A stretch of 17,818 nt of DNA from a virus. Lineage: Duplodnaviria > Heunggongvirae > Uroviricota > Caudoviricetes. Position numbers and translations under genes: made by a program. The notes under the pieces were generated by a model that had not been told where the DNA came from, did not search any database, and was given only the letters and a program-made list of their open reading frames with translations. The DNA lies in the IMG/VR virus record IMGVR_UViG_2713896903_000004. One strand, 5' to 3'. Positions 7,402-14,353 of the stretch are shown one piece after another; within the stretch, counting starts at the first letter, position 1; each line of letters begins with the position of its first letter.

Positions 7402-8060
7402 GGGCGCACCTCCCATTGATTACGGCGGAAAGCGGTGTGACTGAGACTGGTTTCAGTTTCATGGAATGCTTCAATGCAGCTCTCGTAGTACCGCATTGTG
7501 CGCAGACTTAACCCAAGCTGAAGCATCATCAGGCCATCAAGGGTGATGTAATAACCACGCAGGGAGTCACCATAGATGTGATAAGTACCCGGTATGAAAT
7601 TGCGGGTAAAAAATTCGCGCGAGCAGTTCAGATACTCGATTTTGTCGACGATGTTCTGGTGCATGCGCTTGAAATGGCAGGCAACATGCAGGGAGAAAAT
7701 AACGGCCTTGCCGTTGACGACTTCGATTTTCAGGTATGGGGAAGTTGGGACAGTAGCCATGATGGCAGCCTCCTTGATCGGTGAAATACTTCCACCACCG
7801 GAAACGCCAATTTCGCTGGTGGTGAACTGAACGGGGTTGGCGTAACCGGTGATCAAGGAAACCGGCGCATCTTTCGATGCCCCCGCCCAGCCCACCATAA
7901 CTTTGATGTGAGCAAATGCGGACGATAAAAAAGACGCTGGCGCGTCATATATCGCCTTGATCAATTCCAGGACGCCAATCCCGGCACCCGCTTTATAAGG
8001 TGCAGAGACAGTGTAACGTCCCGAAATTGCAGAATCAATATTTAGGATTGAAACATTCAT
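7398..8060 (-). CDS. Hypothetical protein (220 aa) occupying the cII slot
   Basis: 663-nt ORF in ~50% GC DNA, co-oriented and coupled with the downstream early genes. No recognisable HTH or catalytic motif. Weak RBS at the annotated ATG. Confidence 0.6.
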   Translation of the reverse strand: MNVSILNIDSAISGRYTVSAPYKAGAGIGVLELIKAIYDAPASFLSSAFAHIKVMVGWAGASKDAPVSLITGYANPVQFTTSEIGVSGGGSISPIKEAAIMATVPTSPYLKIEVVNGKAVIFSLHVACHFKRMHQNIVDKIEYLNCSREFFTRNFIPGTYHIYGDSLRGYYITLDGLMMLQLGLSLRTMRYYESCIEAFHETETSLSHTAFRRNQWEVRP

Positions 8061-8137
8061 ATGCTTACTGGTATTTTTGTTAACGTTCTTGGATTCTTGG
8101 GCCTGCTTTATGCAGTTGCCTGTATCAACGTTGAGCG

Positions 8138-8163
8138 AGCCGGGTCACTACCCGGCTTTTTTT
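8138..8163 (+). terminator. Intrinsic terminator oriented for + strand transcripts (antisense to the early-right operon)
   Basis: 8-bp stem agccgggt / acccggct with loop cact, followed by tttttt (8158-8163) on the + strand. On the minus strand the hairpin is followed by cgcucaacg, with no U tract. Overlaps the Rha stop codon. Confidence 0.55.
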
Positions 8164-8870
8164 CACCGGTGCCAGCCAATAACCTGAAATAACCCCATTT
8201 TCGGGTGATACCAGCGAGTCCCTCGCTGTTCTGCTTCCTCCATAACCCGATAAAAAGCAGCCATAAACGGTTCCACAGCAACAATTGCGCGACGTGACAA
8301 CAATCCGTCCGGCGTCATGAACTCATGGGTGTCTGTAGGAATTTGATAGGCGTTCACCAGATTGCGGCATTTATCATCTGACAAACCGGTTTTTGCTTTC
8401 AGTTGGCGATATCCGGCATAGCCCTCACGAATGTTGCCCTTTTTGATTTGCTCAACTGTTTCGGCAACGTGGCTGACTTTTTCTTCCACCTGAGTGATCC
8501 GTTTCTGCTGACGAACAGCTTCAAGAGCCATCGCGGCAACCATTTCGATTTCGCTCATTGGCTTACGGATCTGTTCTTCCAGTTCGCGCCAGCGATCTAC
8601 CAGGCGGGCTGTGAATTCGGGACAAAGCTGTGCGACGACAATGATGCTGTCGCGCTTACCTTGTTCGCCTTCGAAGATGTAAGCACCTACATTTCGTTTT
8701 AATCCTAAGTTGTTGATTATTTCGAAATTCGCCATTGGCGCACTTCGAATAATCCCCTTATCCATGAGCCTTTCAATGCTGCGCTTAACATCTTTGTGTT
8801 GGCTGCCCACCAACTCTGCGATTTCAAGGCTGGTCATGGATGCTTTGCCGTTAAAAATTGCGGTGTTCAT
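8163..8870 (-). CDS. Rha-family phage regulatory protein / antirepressor-like
   Basis: 235-aa ORF. N-terminus MNTAIFNGKASMTSLEIAELVGSQHKDVKRSIERL is typical of the phage Rha domain as I remember it. GGAG 8 nt upstream. ATGA overlap with the cro-like stop. Confidence 0.7.
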   Translation of the reverse strand: MNTAIFNGKASMTSLEIAELVGSQHKDVKRSIERLMDKGIIRSAPMANFEIINNLGLKRNVGAYIFEGEQGKRDSIIVVAQLCPEFTARLVDRWRELEEQIRKPMSEIEMVAAMALEAVRQQKRITQVEEKVSHVAETVEQIKKGNIREGYAGYRQLKAKTGLSDDKCRNLVNAYQIPTDTHEFMTPDGLLSRRAIVAVEPFMAAFYRVMEEAEQRGTRWYHPKMGLFQVIGWHR

Positions 8871-9130
8871 TGTTGGTCTCCTGTGGGCTTGTCATCTTCT
8901 GTGTGCGCTAAGCTTGGATGTGGAAAAAGCTCTGGTAGGTCTGGACGAAATTCATACGCTTGGATCTTTCCGTCGACAGCTGCAACCAATAACGGCACAA
9001 ATTCTGGTGAAATCTTGTTCTTGCAGTTCAACCAATCGCAGACTGTTGACTGGGCCTTTCCGCATCGCTTGGCTAAGGCTTGCTGACTTCCAAGAATCTC
9101 AATAGCTTTCTCTATGGCTTTATGTTTCAT
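8867..9130 (-). CDS. Cro/YdaS-like HTH regulator
   Basis: 87-aa product from the ATG at 9130 (SD GGAG 9 nt upstream). HTH-like LGSQQALAKRCGKAQSTVCDWLN. Divergent from the repressor gene across a ~120-bp operator region. The track's longer 104-aa version has no RBS. Confidence 0.65.
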   Translation of the reverse strand: MKHKAIEKAIEILGSQQALAKRCGKAQSTVCDWLNCKNKISPEFVPLLVAAVDGKIQAYEFRPDLPELFPHPSLAHTEDDKPTGDQQ

Positions 9131-9152
9131 AATCGCATCTCCTATTGAACGC

Positions 9153-9181
9153 ATAATAACAACAGGAAAAGCGATATTCAA
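9153..9181 (-). promoter_or_regulatory. PR-like early-right promoter (TTGAAT-17-TATTAT) driving the cro-like gene
   Basis: On the minus strand, -35 TTGAAT (9181..9176) and -10 TATTAT (9158..9153) with a 17-nt spacer, ~20 nt upstream of the cro-like SD. Confidence 0.5.
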
Positions 9182-9197
9182 CGTTAAACCTAGAATA

Positions 9198-9217
9198 TTT
9201 ATCGGAAAGCCGATAAA
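9198..9217. promoter_or_regulatory. Operator-like perfect palindrome TTTATCGG-N4-CCGATAAA between the cro-like and cI-like genes
   Basis: 8-bp inverted arms with a 4-bp spacer, just downstream of a TAGAAT -10-like element (9191-9196) oriented toward cI. Related CGATAAACCGAT / ATCGGTAAACC motifs recur at the PL-like promoter. Confidence 0.5.
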
Positions 9218-9249
9218 CTAGCCAAGATAGAGAGGGGAGGAAAATCGCA

Positions 9250-9942
9250 ATGACATTTTCAGAACGACTTGATTTAGCTATGCGCAACGCAAAATTTACG
9301 CAAGGTAGGCTGGCCAAAGAAGTGGGTATGGCTCAGTCCAGTGTTAATCAACTACTTAACAAAGCCAACGGTTCCAGAAAAACAGTCGAAATAGCAAAAG
9401 TTTTGGGCGTTAACCCGGAATGGCTCGCATCGGGTGTTGGTCCAATGGAAATCGTGACCTCTGCAGACTCACACCAAATACGTAACATTTCTGAAGATTG
9501 GGTTACTGATTCGTATGTCGTGGATGTTTTAGACATCAGATATAGTTGCGGACCTGGTAGTTATAACTCTGATTTTCCTGACATTGTCAGATCTATAGCG
9601 ATAGAACCAGGATACGCATCAAGAGTTTTTGGCGGCAGACCAGCATCAGCAATCAAAGCAATAAACGCCCACGGCGACAGTATGAAAGGCACAATAGACC
9701 CTGAAGACTTGGTATTTGTAGATGTATCAGTTCGCACATTTAATGGTGATGGTATATACGCCTTTACATACTCTGGAACATCGCACATCAAAAGACTTCA
9801 AAAAATCAAAGATACTCTAACGGTGATATCTGACAACCCAGCTTACAAGGATTGGGCTATCGAACCGGAAGACTTCGAACAACTTCACATTGACGGAAAA
9901 GTAATTGTCAGTTGGCCTATGACACTACACCGTTTTGCATAA
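9250..9942 (+). CDS. CI-like prophage repressor (N-terminal HTH, C-terminal LexA/S24 autopeptidase domain)
   Basis: 230-aa ORF with GGAGG upstream. HTH-like QGRLAKEVGMAQSSVNQLLN. C-terminal S24-like motifs GDSM (Ser) and a downstream KRL (Lys). Confidence 0.85.
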   Translation: MTFSERLDLAMRNAKFTQGRLAKEVGMAQSSVNQLLNKANGSRKTVEIAKVLGVNPEWLASGVGPMEIVTSADSHQIRNISEDWVTDSYVVDVLDIRYSCGPGSYNSDFPDIVRSIAIEPGYASRVFGGRPASAIKAINAHGDSMKGTIDPEDLVFVDVSVRTFNGDGIYAFTYSGTSHIKRLQKIKDTLTVISDNPAYKDWAIEPEDFEQLHIDGKVIVSWPMTLHRFA

Positions 9943-9956
9943 GCAAAAATCATTTA

Positions 9957-9986
9957 ACCCGCCCACTCTTAAGTGGGCTTTTTTTT
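9957..9986 (+). terminator. Rho-independent terminator downstream of the repressor gene
   Basis: Stem gcccact / agtgggc (9961-9967 and 9972-9978) with loop ctta, followed by T8 (9979-9986). Confidence 0.7.
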
Positions 9987-9994
9987 GGAAAAAA

Positions 9995-10036
9995 ATCGAT
10001 AAACCGATTGACAGGTGAAATCGGTAAACCTATTAT
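9995..10036 (+). promoter_or_regulatory. PL-like early-left promoter (TTGACA-17-TATTAT) with overlapping operator-like repeats
   Basis: Consensus -35 TTGACA at 10008-10013, a 17-nt spacer and -10 TATTAT at 10031-10036. ATCGATAAACCGAT overlaps the -35 and ATCGGTAAACC lies in the spacer. Confidence 0.55.
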
Positions 10037-10085
10037 CTTGACATAGGTATCGAACTCACCAAAGCAATTATAGAGGATGAGAAAA

Positions 10086-10583
10086 ATGTCATCGTATATG
10101 GGATTACCAACAAATCAGCACGATGCTCTTGAGAATATTCAGCTCTTAGTAGGGGCTGGTGCACTACTGTATAGCAGCAATAACCCTGAGTTAATTGAAC
10201 TTGCCAGCTCCATCCTGGCTGTAACTCAAAAATATAGCCTCACCGCGTCACGTTTATGCAAACAAAATTTAGCTATTAATTCCCAGAATCGGATTCGCAC
10301 CCAACGCGAAGCCTGCGGCTTAACAACCGCCGAACTCGCCAGGCTGCTCGAACTCGATGAAGAAATCATCATCCAGTGGGAGAGTGGAGAGTATGAACCA
10401 ACCATCAGTATGCTTATCCCACTGGCTAATGTTCTTGGCTGCGATCCGATGTGGCTGTTAACTGGCGAGGTTACTCCTCCGGAGCAACCAAAAAGTGAGG
10501 AGCAGCAACACCATGACGCATCTCAACAAGTTTGCTCCTTATCTCGCGAAGCTCTTCTACGGAAGAACCAATACCAATGGTGA
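10086..10583 (+). CDS. XRE-family HTH protein (first gene of the early-left operon)
   Basis: 165 aa from the ATG at 10086 (SD GAGGA 8 nt upstream); the track's start at 10077 abuts the SD. HTH-like segment CGLTTAELARLLELDEEIIIQWESGEYEPTISMLIPLANVLGCDPMWLLTG. Confidence 0.6.
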   Translation: MSSYMGLPTNQHDALENIQLLVGAGALLYSSNNPELIELASSILAVTQKYSLTASRLCKQNLAINSQNRIRTQREACGLTTAELARLLELDEEIIIQWESGEYEPTISMLIPLANVLGCDPMWLLTGEVTPPEQPKSEEQQHHDASQQVCSLSREALLRKNQYQW

Positions 10584-10711
10584 CATAATCGCCGCTTCGC
10601 CCCTCAAGGTACATGCGAACATTTTTATCAATCATTGCGGAAACAGTCTCAATATGAAAACACTTCTGAGACTCGCTATATAGCAGAACATATAAGTCAG
10701 CTGAGGAAGCC

Positions 10712-11077
10712 ATGAAAAAGTTCGAAAACATAACTGTTCTCCATGTTGATGACTTTGATTATACAAACCCGAAACTTCTCCCGAAGGTTGTAAAGGCAAT
10801 AGATGTTGCCGATATAGTGATTAGAGGAAAGAGAATTGTCAAAAACAGGCTCGCATGCACTTCAGGAGCAATGACAGAAACAACCTCACAACAAGATGAT
10901 TATGAAGGCATTTGTCTGGAGCCTGATTCATTTGCGGTAAATGTTTATCATTTATTGCATGCAACACAGGTATTACATATGTCAAGTAATCACGAAACAA
11001 AAACACTTGGCAGCGAAATTCTGAATTTTGCATGTGAATATGCAAAAGCTGCTGCCGAAAAAGAATTAGCGCAATAA
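10712..11077 (+). CDS. Hypothetical protein (121 aa)
   Basis: ORF with SD GAGGA 4 nt upstream of the ATG. Moderately AT-rich. No recognisable domain. Confidence 0.6.
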   Translation: MKKFENITVLHVDDFDYTNPKLLPKVVKAIDVADIVIRGKRIVKNRLACTSGAMTETTSQQDDYEGICLEPDSFAVNVYHLLHATQVLHMSSNHETKTLGSEILNFACEYAKAAAEKELAQ

Positions 11078-11155
11078 CAATAAATATTCCCTGAATGTTT
11101 ATTACGGTTTTATCGCCGGAGATTGTTGCAACCTTTATTCGCAGGAGATTATGTT

Positions 11156-11269
11156 ATGACTTTCCTGAAACATAAGGCATCGTATAAAACTGCCTGCCTC
11201 ATTGCACAACATGGAGATTCTTATCTTCATATAGCCAACCTGTATTTGCGCAAAGCATATGGGAGATAA
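11156..11269 (+). CDS. Small hypothetical protein (37 aa)
   Basis: Below the ORF-track size cut-off. ATG preceded by AGGAG at an 8-nt spacing. Ends 4 nt before the next start. Confidence 0.25.
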   Translation: MTFLKHKASYKTACLIAQHGDSYLHIANLYLRKAYGR

Positions 11270-11273
11270 GTCA

Positions 11274-11462
11274 ATGGAAGAAAAACAACAAAACATAACA
11301 CATAAAAAAGTAAGAGTGTTGCTAACCATTGAAAATGGTGAAGTAATTTACTCAAAACATCTGTTGGATAGTGAATTCGTTGGCTGCATGGATACATTTC
11401 TGTGGATGGCAAAAAGAGCTGGCTACACGATTATTCCACCAGCAAAGGAGCAAACATTATGA
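11274..11462 (+). CDS. Hypothetical small protein (62 aa)
   Basis: ATG at 11274 with SD GGGAG 8 nt upstream. Its stop overlaps the start of the next gene (ATGA). Confidence 0.45.
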   Translation: MEEKQQNITHKKVRVLLTIENGEVIYSKHLLDSEFVGCMDTFLWMAKRAGYTIIPPAKEQTL

Positions 11463-12040
11463 ATCATTCAGAGTTCCGACCAGAAGTTACTCCACATGGC
11501 ATAAAAATTGGCAATACAACCATTGATTATGTTGAAGCTGTGCGGCGTCTTAATGATGGTGAATACGATTATCCAAATTCACGCGGTTTAAGAATCCTTC
11601 AGTGCCTTGCCGAAGCTGATGATGCCGGATTGCTGGGGAAATTTTCCATCGATATGAAGGTTGCACAATGGCGCTGGCTGTATGTAACGATATTTATAAA
11701 CGAAGAGGAATATAAGAACGGCACCATTGATATCTCGAACGAAAACGGAACTACAGGTCGCGCAGTTATTTATAAAGGGAAATATGGTTGTATGGGTATC
11801 TACCCGGGACCAATTCGCATTGCCCTGCAAAACCATGTCGAATGGGGATTTATTGAAAAATATGGTGAAGATGAAGGTATGGGGCGAGTTCTGTTTCTCT
11901 ATCAAAAAATGCTCATCGCAGATCCTGATAATGGTTTCATTGTTTCTGCTATGGGACGCGAAGGGCTTGAACTCCTTCTGGATGAAATGATTAACGACCT
12001 GAATACTCATGGTATGCCAGAAGCGCCAGTGACACATTAA
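11459..12040 (+). CDS. Hypothetical protein (193 aa)
   Basis: ATG at 11459 with SD AAGGAG 8 nt upstream, translationally coupled to the preceding small ORF. No recognisable domain. Confidence 0.65.
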   Translation: MNHSEFRPEVTPHGIKIGNTTIDYVEAVRRLNDGEYDYPNSRGLRILQCLAEADDAGLLGKFSIDMKVAQWRWLYVTIFINEEEYKNGTIDISNENGTTGRAVIYKGKYGCMGIYPGPIRIALQNHVEWGFIEKYGEDEGMGRVLFLYQKMLIADPDNGFIVSAMGREGLELLLDEMINDLNTHGMPEAPVTH

Positions 12041-12086
12041 ATATTAAGAAGAAAATAATTCTTCCAGTTTTTTACTAACCGTTTAT

Positions 12087-12194
12087 ATGAAAAGCAACCG
12101 TGAATTAAACAGAGTAAAACTGATTTTAATCCTTGCCACAGTGGTGACACTAACTGAAATTATTATTCTCTTTATTGCGCTGTCAGTCGGTTAA
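12087..12194 (+). CDS. Possible small hydrophobic peptide (35 aa)
   Basis: MKSNRELNRVKLILILATVVTLTEIIILFIALSVG forms a single predicted TM helix. No clear SD, so speculative. Confidence 0.2.
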   Translation: MKSNRELNRVKLILILATVVTLTEIIILFIALSVG

Positions 12195-12217
12195 AAATAT
12201 CGGGATACCACAGACCA

Positions 12218-12406
12218 ATGAGACTGTATTTCACAATAGTAATTTTACTGGCAATTATCGCATGCATTTACGGATTACTCGTTCCGTTCCTTATATCCAT
12301 GAAGGATACGATAGCAGTTATTTCTGGCTTTGCACTGGCGTTTCTGACCCCGCCCTGCATTTATGCCATTTACAAGGGTCTTTCTTTCACTAAGGATAAA
12401 AGATGA
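12218..12406 (+). CDS. Small membrane protein (62 aa, two hydrophobic helices)
   Basis: Hydrophobic stretches FTIVILLAIIACIYGLLVPFLI and VISGFALAFLTPPCIYAIY. Its stop overlaps the SPFH gene start (ATGA). Confidence 0.5.
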   Translation: MRLYFTIVILLAIIACIYGLLVPFLISMKDTIAVISGFALAFLTPPCIYAIYKGLSFTKDKR

Positions 12407-13230
12407 AAAAAATTATTTTTGCTTTAGCCATTGTTCTGCCGACTATTGGCCTCGTCGGTTGCGATCGCGTTGAACCAGGTAATGTTGGCATCAAGGTAAA
12501 TAAACTGGGCGACGACAAAGGCGTCGGTGAGGTGGTCGGTGTTGGTCGCTACTGGACAGGCTGGAACACTGAAGTTTATATCTTCCCGACCTTTAAGCAG
12601 ATGAAGACCTACGATGATCCATTCAGTTTCCAGATGAGCGATGGAACAACCATTGGTTACCACATCGGAGTAGCCTACAAGGTTGATCCATCCAAAGTTA
12701 CCACGGTGTTTCAAACCTACCGCAAAGGTGTGGATGACATTACCGACACCGACCTGCGCCAGAAGATAGCAGATGCACTAAATCGGCTGGCCAGCAAAAT
12801 GACCACCGACAAATTTATCGACGGCGGCAAGTCTGAGCTGCTGGATGCAGCTCTAAAAGATATTCAGGCAGAAATGACGCCCATCGGTATTCAGGTAATG
12901 AGCCTGTCTTATGTAGGTAAACCGGAGTACCCGCCAACCGTTATCGACAGCATTAACGCCAAAGTCACGGCAAACCAGAAAACCCTGCAACGCGAGCAGG
13001 AAGTAAAACAGCGCGAAGCGGAAGCCAACATGTTGCGTGCGGAGGCTGCCGGACAGGCAGATGCAATTCGCACAAAAGCTCAGGCCGAAGCCGATGCTAT
13101 TCGTTTACGCGGTGAAGCTCTGCGCCAGAACCCCGGTGTTATGGAGCTGGAAGCCATCAATAAATGGAACGGCACACTGCCGCAATACATGACCAGCGGT
13201 GCCAATACACCATTTATCCAGGTTAAATAA
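12403..13230 (+). CDS. SPFH/band-7 (prohibitin/HflC-like) domain lipoprotein
   Basis: Signal peptide with lipobox LVGC (MKKIIFALAIVLPTIGLVGC). SPFH-like core and an Ala/Glu/Arg/Gln-rich coiled-coil tail (QREAEANMLRAEAAGQADAIRTKAQAEADAIRLRGEALRQ). SD AAGGA upstream. Confidence 0.75.
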   Translation: MKKIIFALAIVLPTIGLVGCDRVEPGNVGIKVNKLGDDKGVGEVVGVGRYWTGWNTEVYIFPTFKQMKTYDDPFSFQMSDGTTIGYHIGVAYKVDPSKVTTVFQTYRKGVDDITDTDLRQKIADALNRLASKMTTDKFIDGGKSELLDAALKDIQAEMTPIGIQVMSLSYVGKPEYPPTVIDSINAKVTANQKTLQREQEVKQREAEANMLRAEAAGQADAIRTKAQAEADAIRLRGEALRQNPGVMELEAINKWNGTLPQYMTSGANTPFIQVK

Positions 13231-13237
13231 CTTATAT

Positions 13238-13256
13238 GCCCGGCAGGCCGCCGGGC
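13238..13256 (+). other. GC-rich hairpin after the SPFH gene (no U tract; weak terminator or RNA-stability element)
   Basis: Stem gcccggc / gccgggc with loop aggcc, followed by taagggaaaag. Confidence 0.3.
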
Positions 13257-13270
13257 TAAGGGAAAAGCAG

Positions 13271-13630
13271 ATGAACACCCATAATGCCCAACCGCAAATA
13301 ATGAACTATGACCCGAATCTGACGTCATGCGGACGCATGGCAAAACAAACCGTTCGATTAACTTTCGGGTTATGGGAATACCGCGAAACATTCGAAGTCA
13401 CTGTCGGTGGCAACCTGACCGGACTCGATGTTATCAGTTGCGCTATTGAAAGCCTGTACGCAACGCTGCCTTATGAAGAAGTCGAGGATGAGCGCGATAT
13501 CATCGCCACCATTAATATCGGCGGCGTGAAATGCAAGGATGAAAACTTGATCGGAGAACTCTGGCTTGCCGGGATGCTTATCTCTGCAGAAATTATCAGT
13601 ATTGAACCCGCTACAAACATACCGCTCTGA
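13271..13630 (+). CDS. Hypothetical protein (119 aa)
   Basis: ATG at 13271, in frame with the longer track ORF 13199-13630. AAGGG-like SD upstream. Confidence 0.55.
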   Translation: MNTHNAQPQIMNYDPNLTSCGRMAKQTVRLTFGLWEYRETFEVTVGGNLTGLDVISCAIESLYATLPYEEVEDERDIIATINIGGVKCKDENLIGELWLAGMLISAEIISIEPATNIPL

Positions 13631-13661
13631 AGTTCTCACAACTCAGGGAACAGGAGAAAAA

Positions 13662-13904
13662 ATGTTCGCTTTGATTAATCAAGGGCAACTGTATACCGAC
13701 AGTGCCGGTTACCCGGTAAAAATTATTCGCTGCATAAATAACATCGTGTTGTACAGAAGAATGGATGGGCGAACACAGTCGGTAAAAATAAACGATTTTA
13801 ATGAACTGTTTGAACGGATCGCTCACCAGGAATACCGACAAATTCTGGCAGAAACAGAGCAGGAAGCTCATCTGAAAAAATTACGAGCCATGAAAAGGAA
13901 GTAA
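13662..13904 (+). CDS. Hypothetical protein (80 aa)
   Basis: ATG at 13662 with SD AGGAG upstream, in frame with track ORF 13566-13904. Confidence 0.5.
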   Translation: MFALINQGQLYTDSAGYPVKIIRCINNIVLYRRMDGRTQSVKINDFNELFERIAHQEYRQILAETEQEAHLKKLRAMKRK

Positions 13905-13907
13905 AGA

Positions 13908-14054
13908 ATGAATAAAGCATTTGAACGATGGGTCCACCAGCGTTACGGCAATCGCTATGACCTGACACGAGATGTCGACGGTTTCTACTGTCGTGAAATT
14001 GTGAAACGAATGTTTGAAGTGTGGTGCCACTGCCGCGGACTGAGTGTTGTGTGA
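13908..14054 (+). CDS. Small hypothetical Cys/His-containing protein (48 aa)
   Basis: ATG at 13908 with SD AGGAAG upstream. Contains FYCREIVKRMFEVWCHCRG. Below the track size cut-off. Confidence 0.3.
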   Translation: MNKAFERWVHQRYGNRYDLTRDVDGFYCREIVKRMFEVWCHCRGLSVV

Positions 14055-14061
14055 GGGAAAT

Positions 14062-14298
14062 ATGGGGAATGTGATTCAACTGGCTCCCAATGAATGGGTG
14101 TGTGAAAGCGTTCTTATCGCGATTACCGGACTCAAACCAGGCACAATTCTTCGGGCCCGGAAAGAATGCTGGATGGTTGGAAAAGAGTATATTCACGTAT
14201 CACCAGACGGTAATCCAAAGCCTTCCAGCGAGTGTATGTATAACAGAAAAGCAATAGATGCTTGGGTCGCTTCAATGAAAAACAAACAACCTGGGTGA
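14062..14298 (+). CDS. xis: Excisionase-like protein (Xis)
   Basis: 78 aa from the ATG at 14062 (SD GAGGG). The segment ITGLKPGTILRARKECWMVGKEYIHVSPDGNPKPSSECMYN matches my memory of the lambdoid-prophage excisionase family. Lies immediately upstream of int. Confidence 0.6.
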   Translation: MGNVIQLAPNEWVCESVLIAITGLKPGTILRARKECWMVGKEYIHVSPDGNPKPSSECMYNRKAIDAWVASMKNKQPG

Positions 14299-14353
14299 TT
14301 TAATGCCATGAAGTATGTAATCTCGTATCGCTCTTGGGCGTCTGGAGGTATCA

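Noticed and set aside
7578-7830. Two + strand ORFs (68 and 78 aa) upstream of the + oriented terminator at 8138-8163
   Set aside because: Considered as the terminator's cognate gene, but both are short, lack an RBS and overlap the 220-aa minus-strand gene. A noncoding antisense RNA is the more economical reading.
8403-9105. Plus-strand ORFs (96-131 aa) overlapping the Rha and cro-like genes
   Set aside because: Antisense shadows without RBS, inside well-supported minus-strand genes.
10086-10583. N antiterminator identity for the first early-left gene
   Set aside because: The protein has an XRE-type HTH and no arginine-rich motif, and no boxB-like hairpin was found just downstream of the promoter.
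10471-10731. 86-aa minus-strand ORF spanning the gap between the XRE gene and the next gene
   Set aside because: Opposes the early-left operon, has no RBS, and overlaps the 3' end of the XRE gene.
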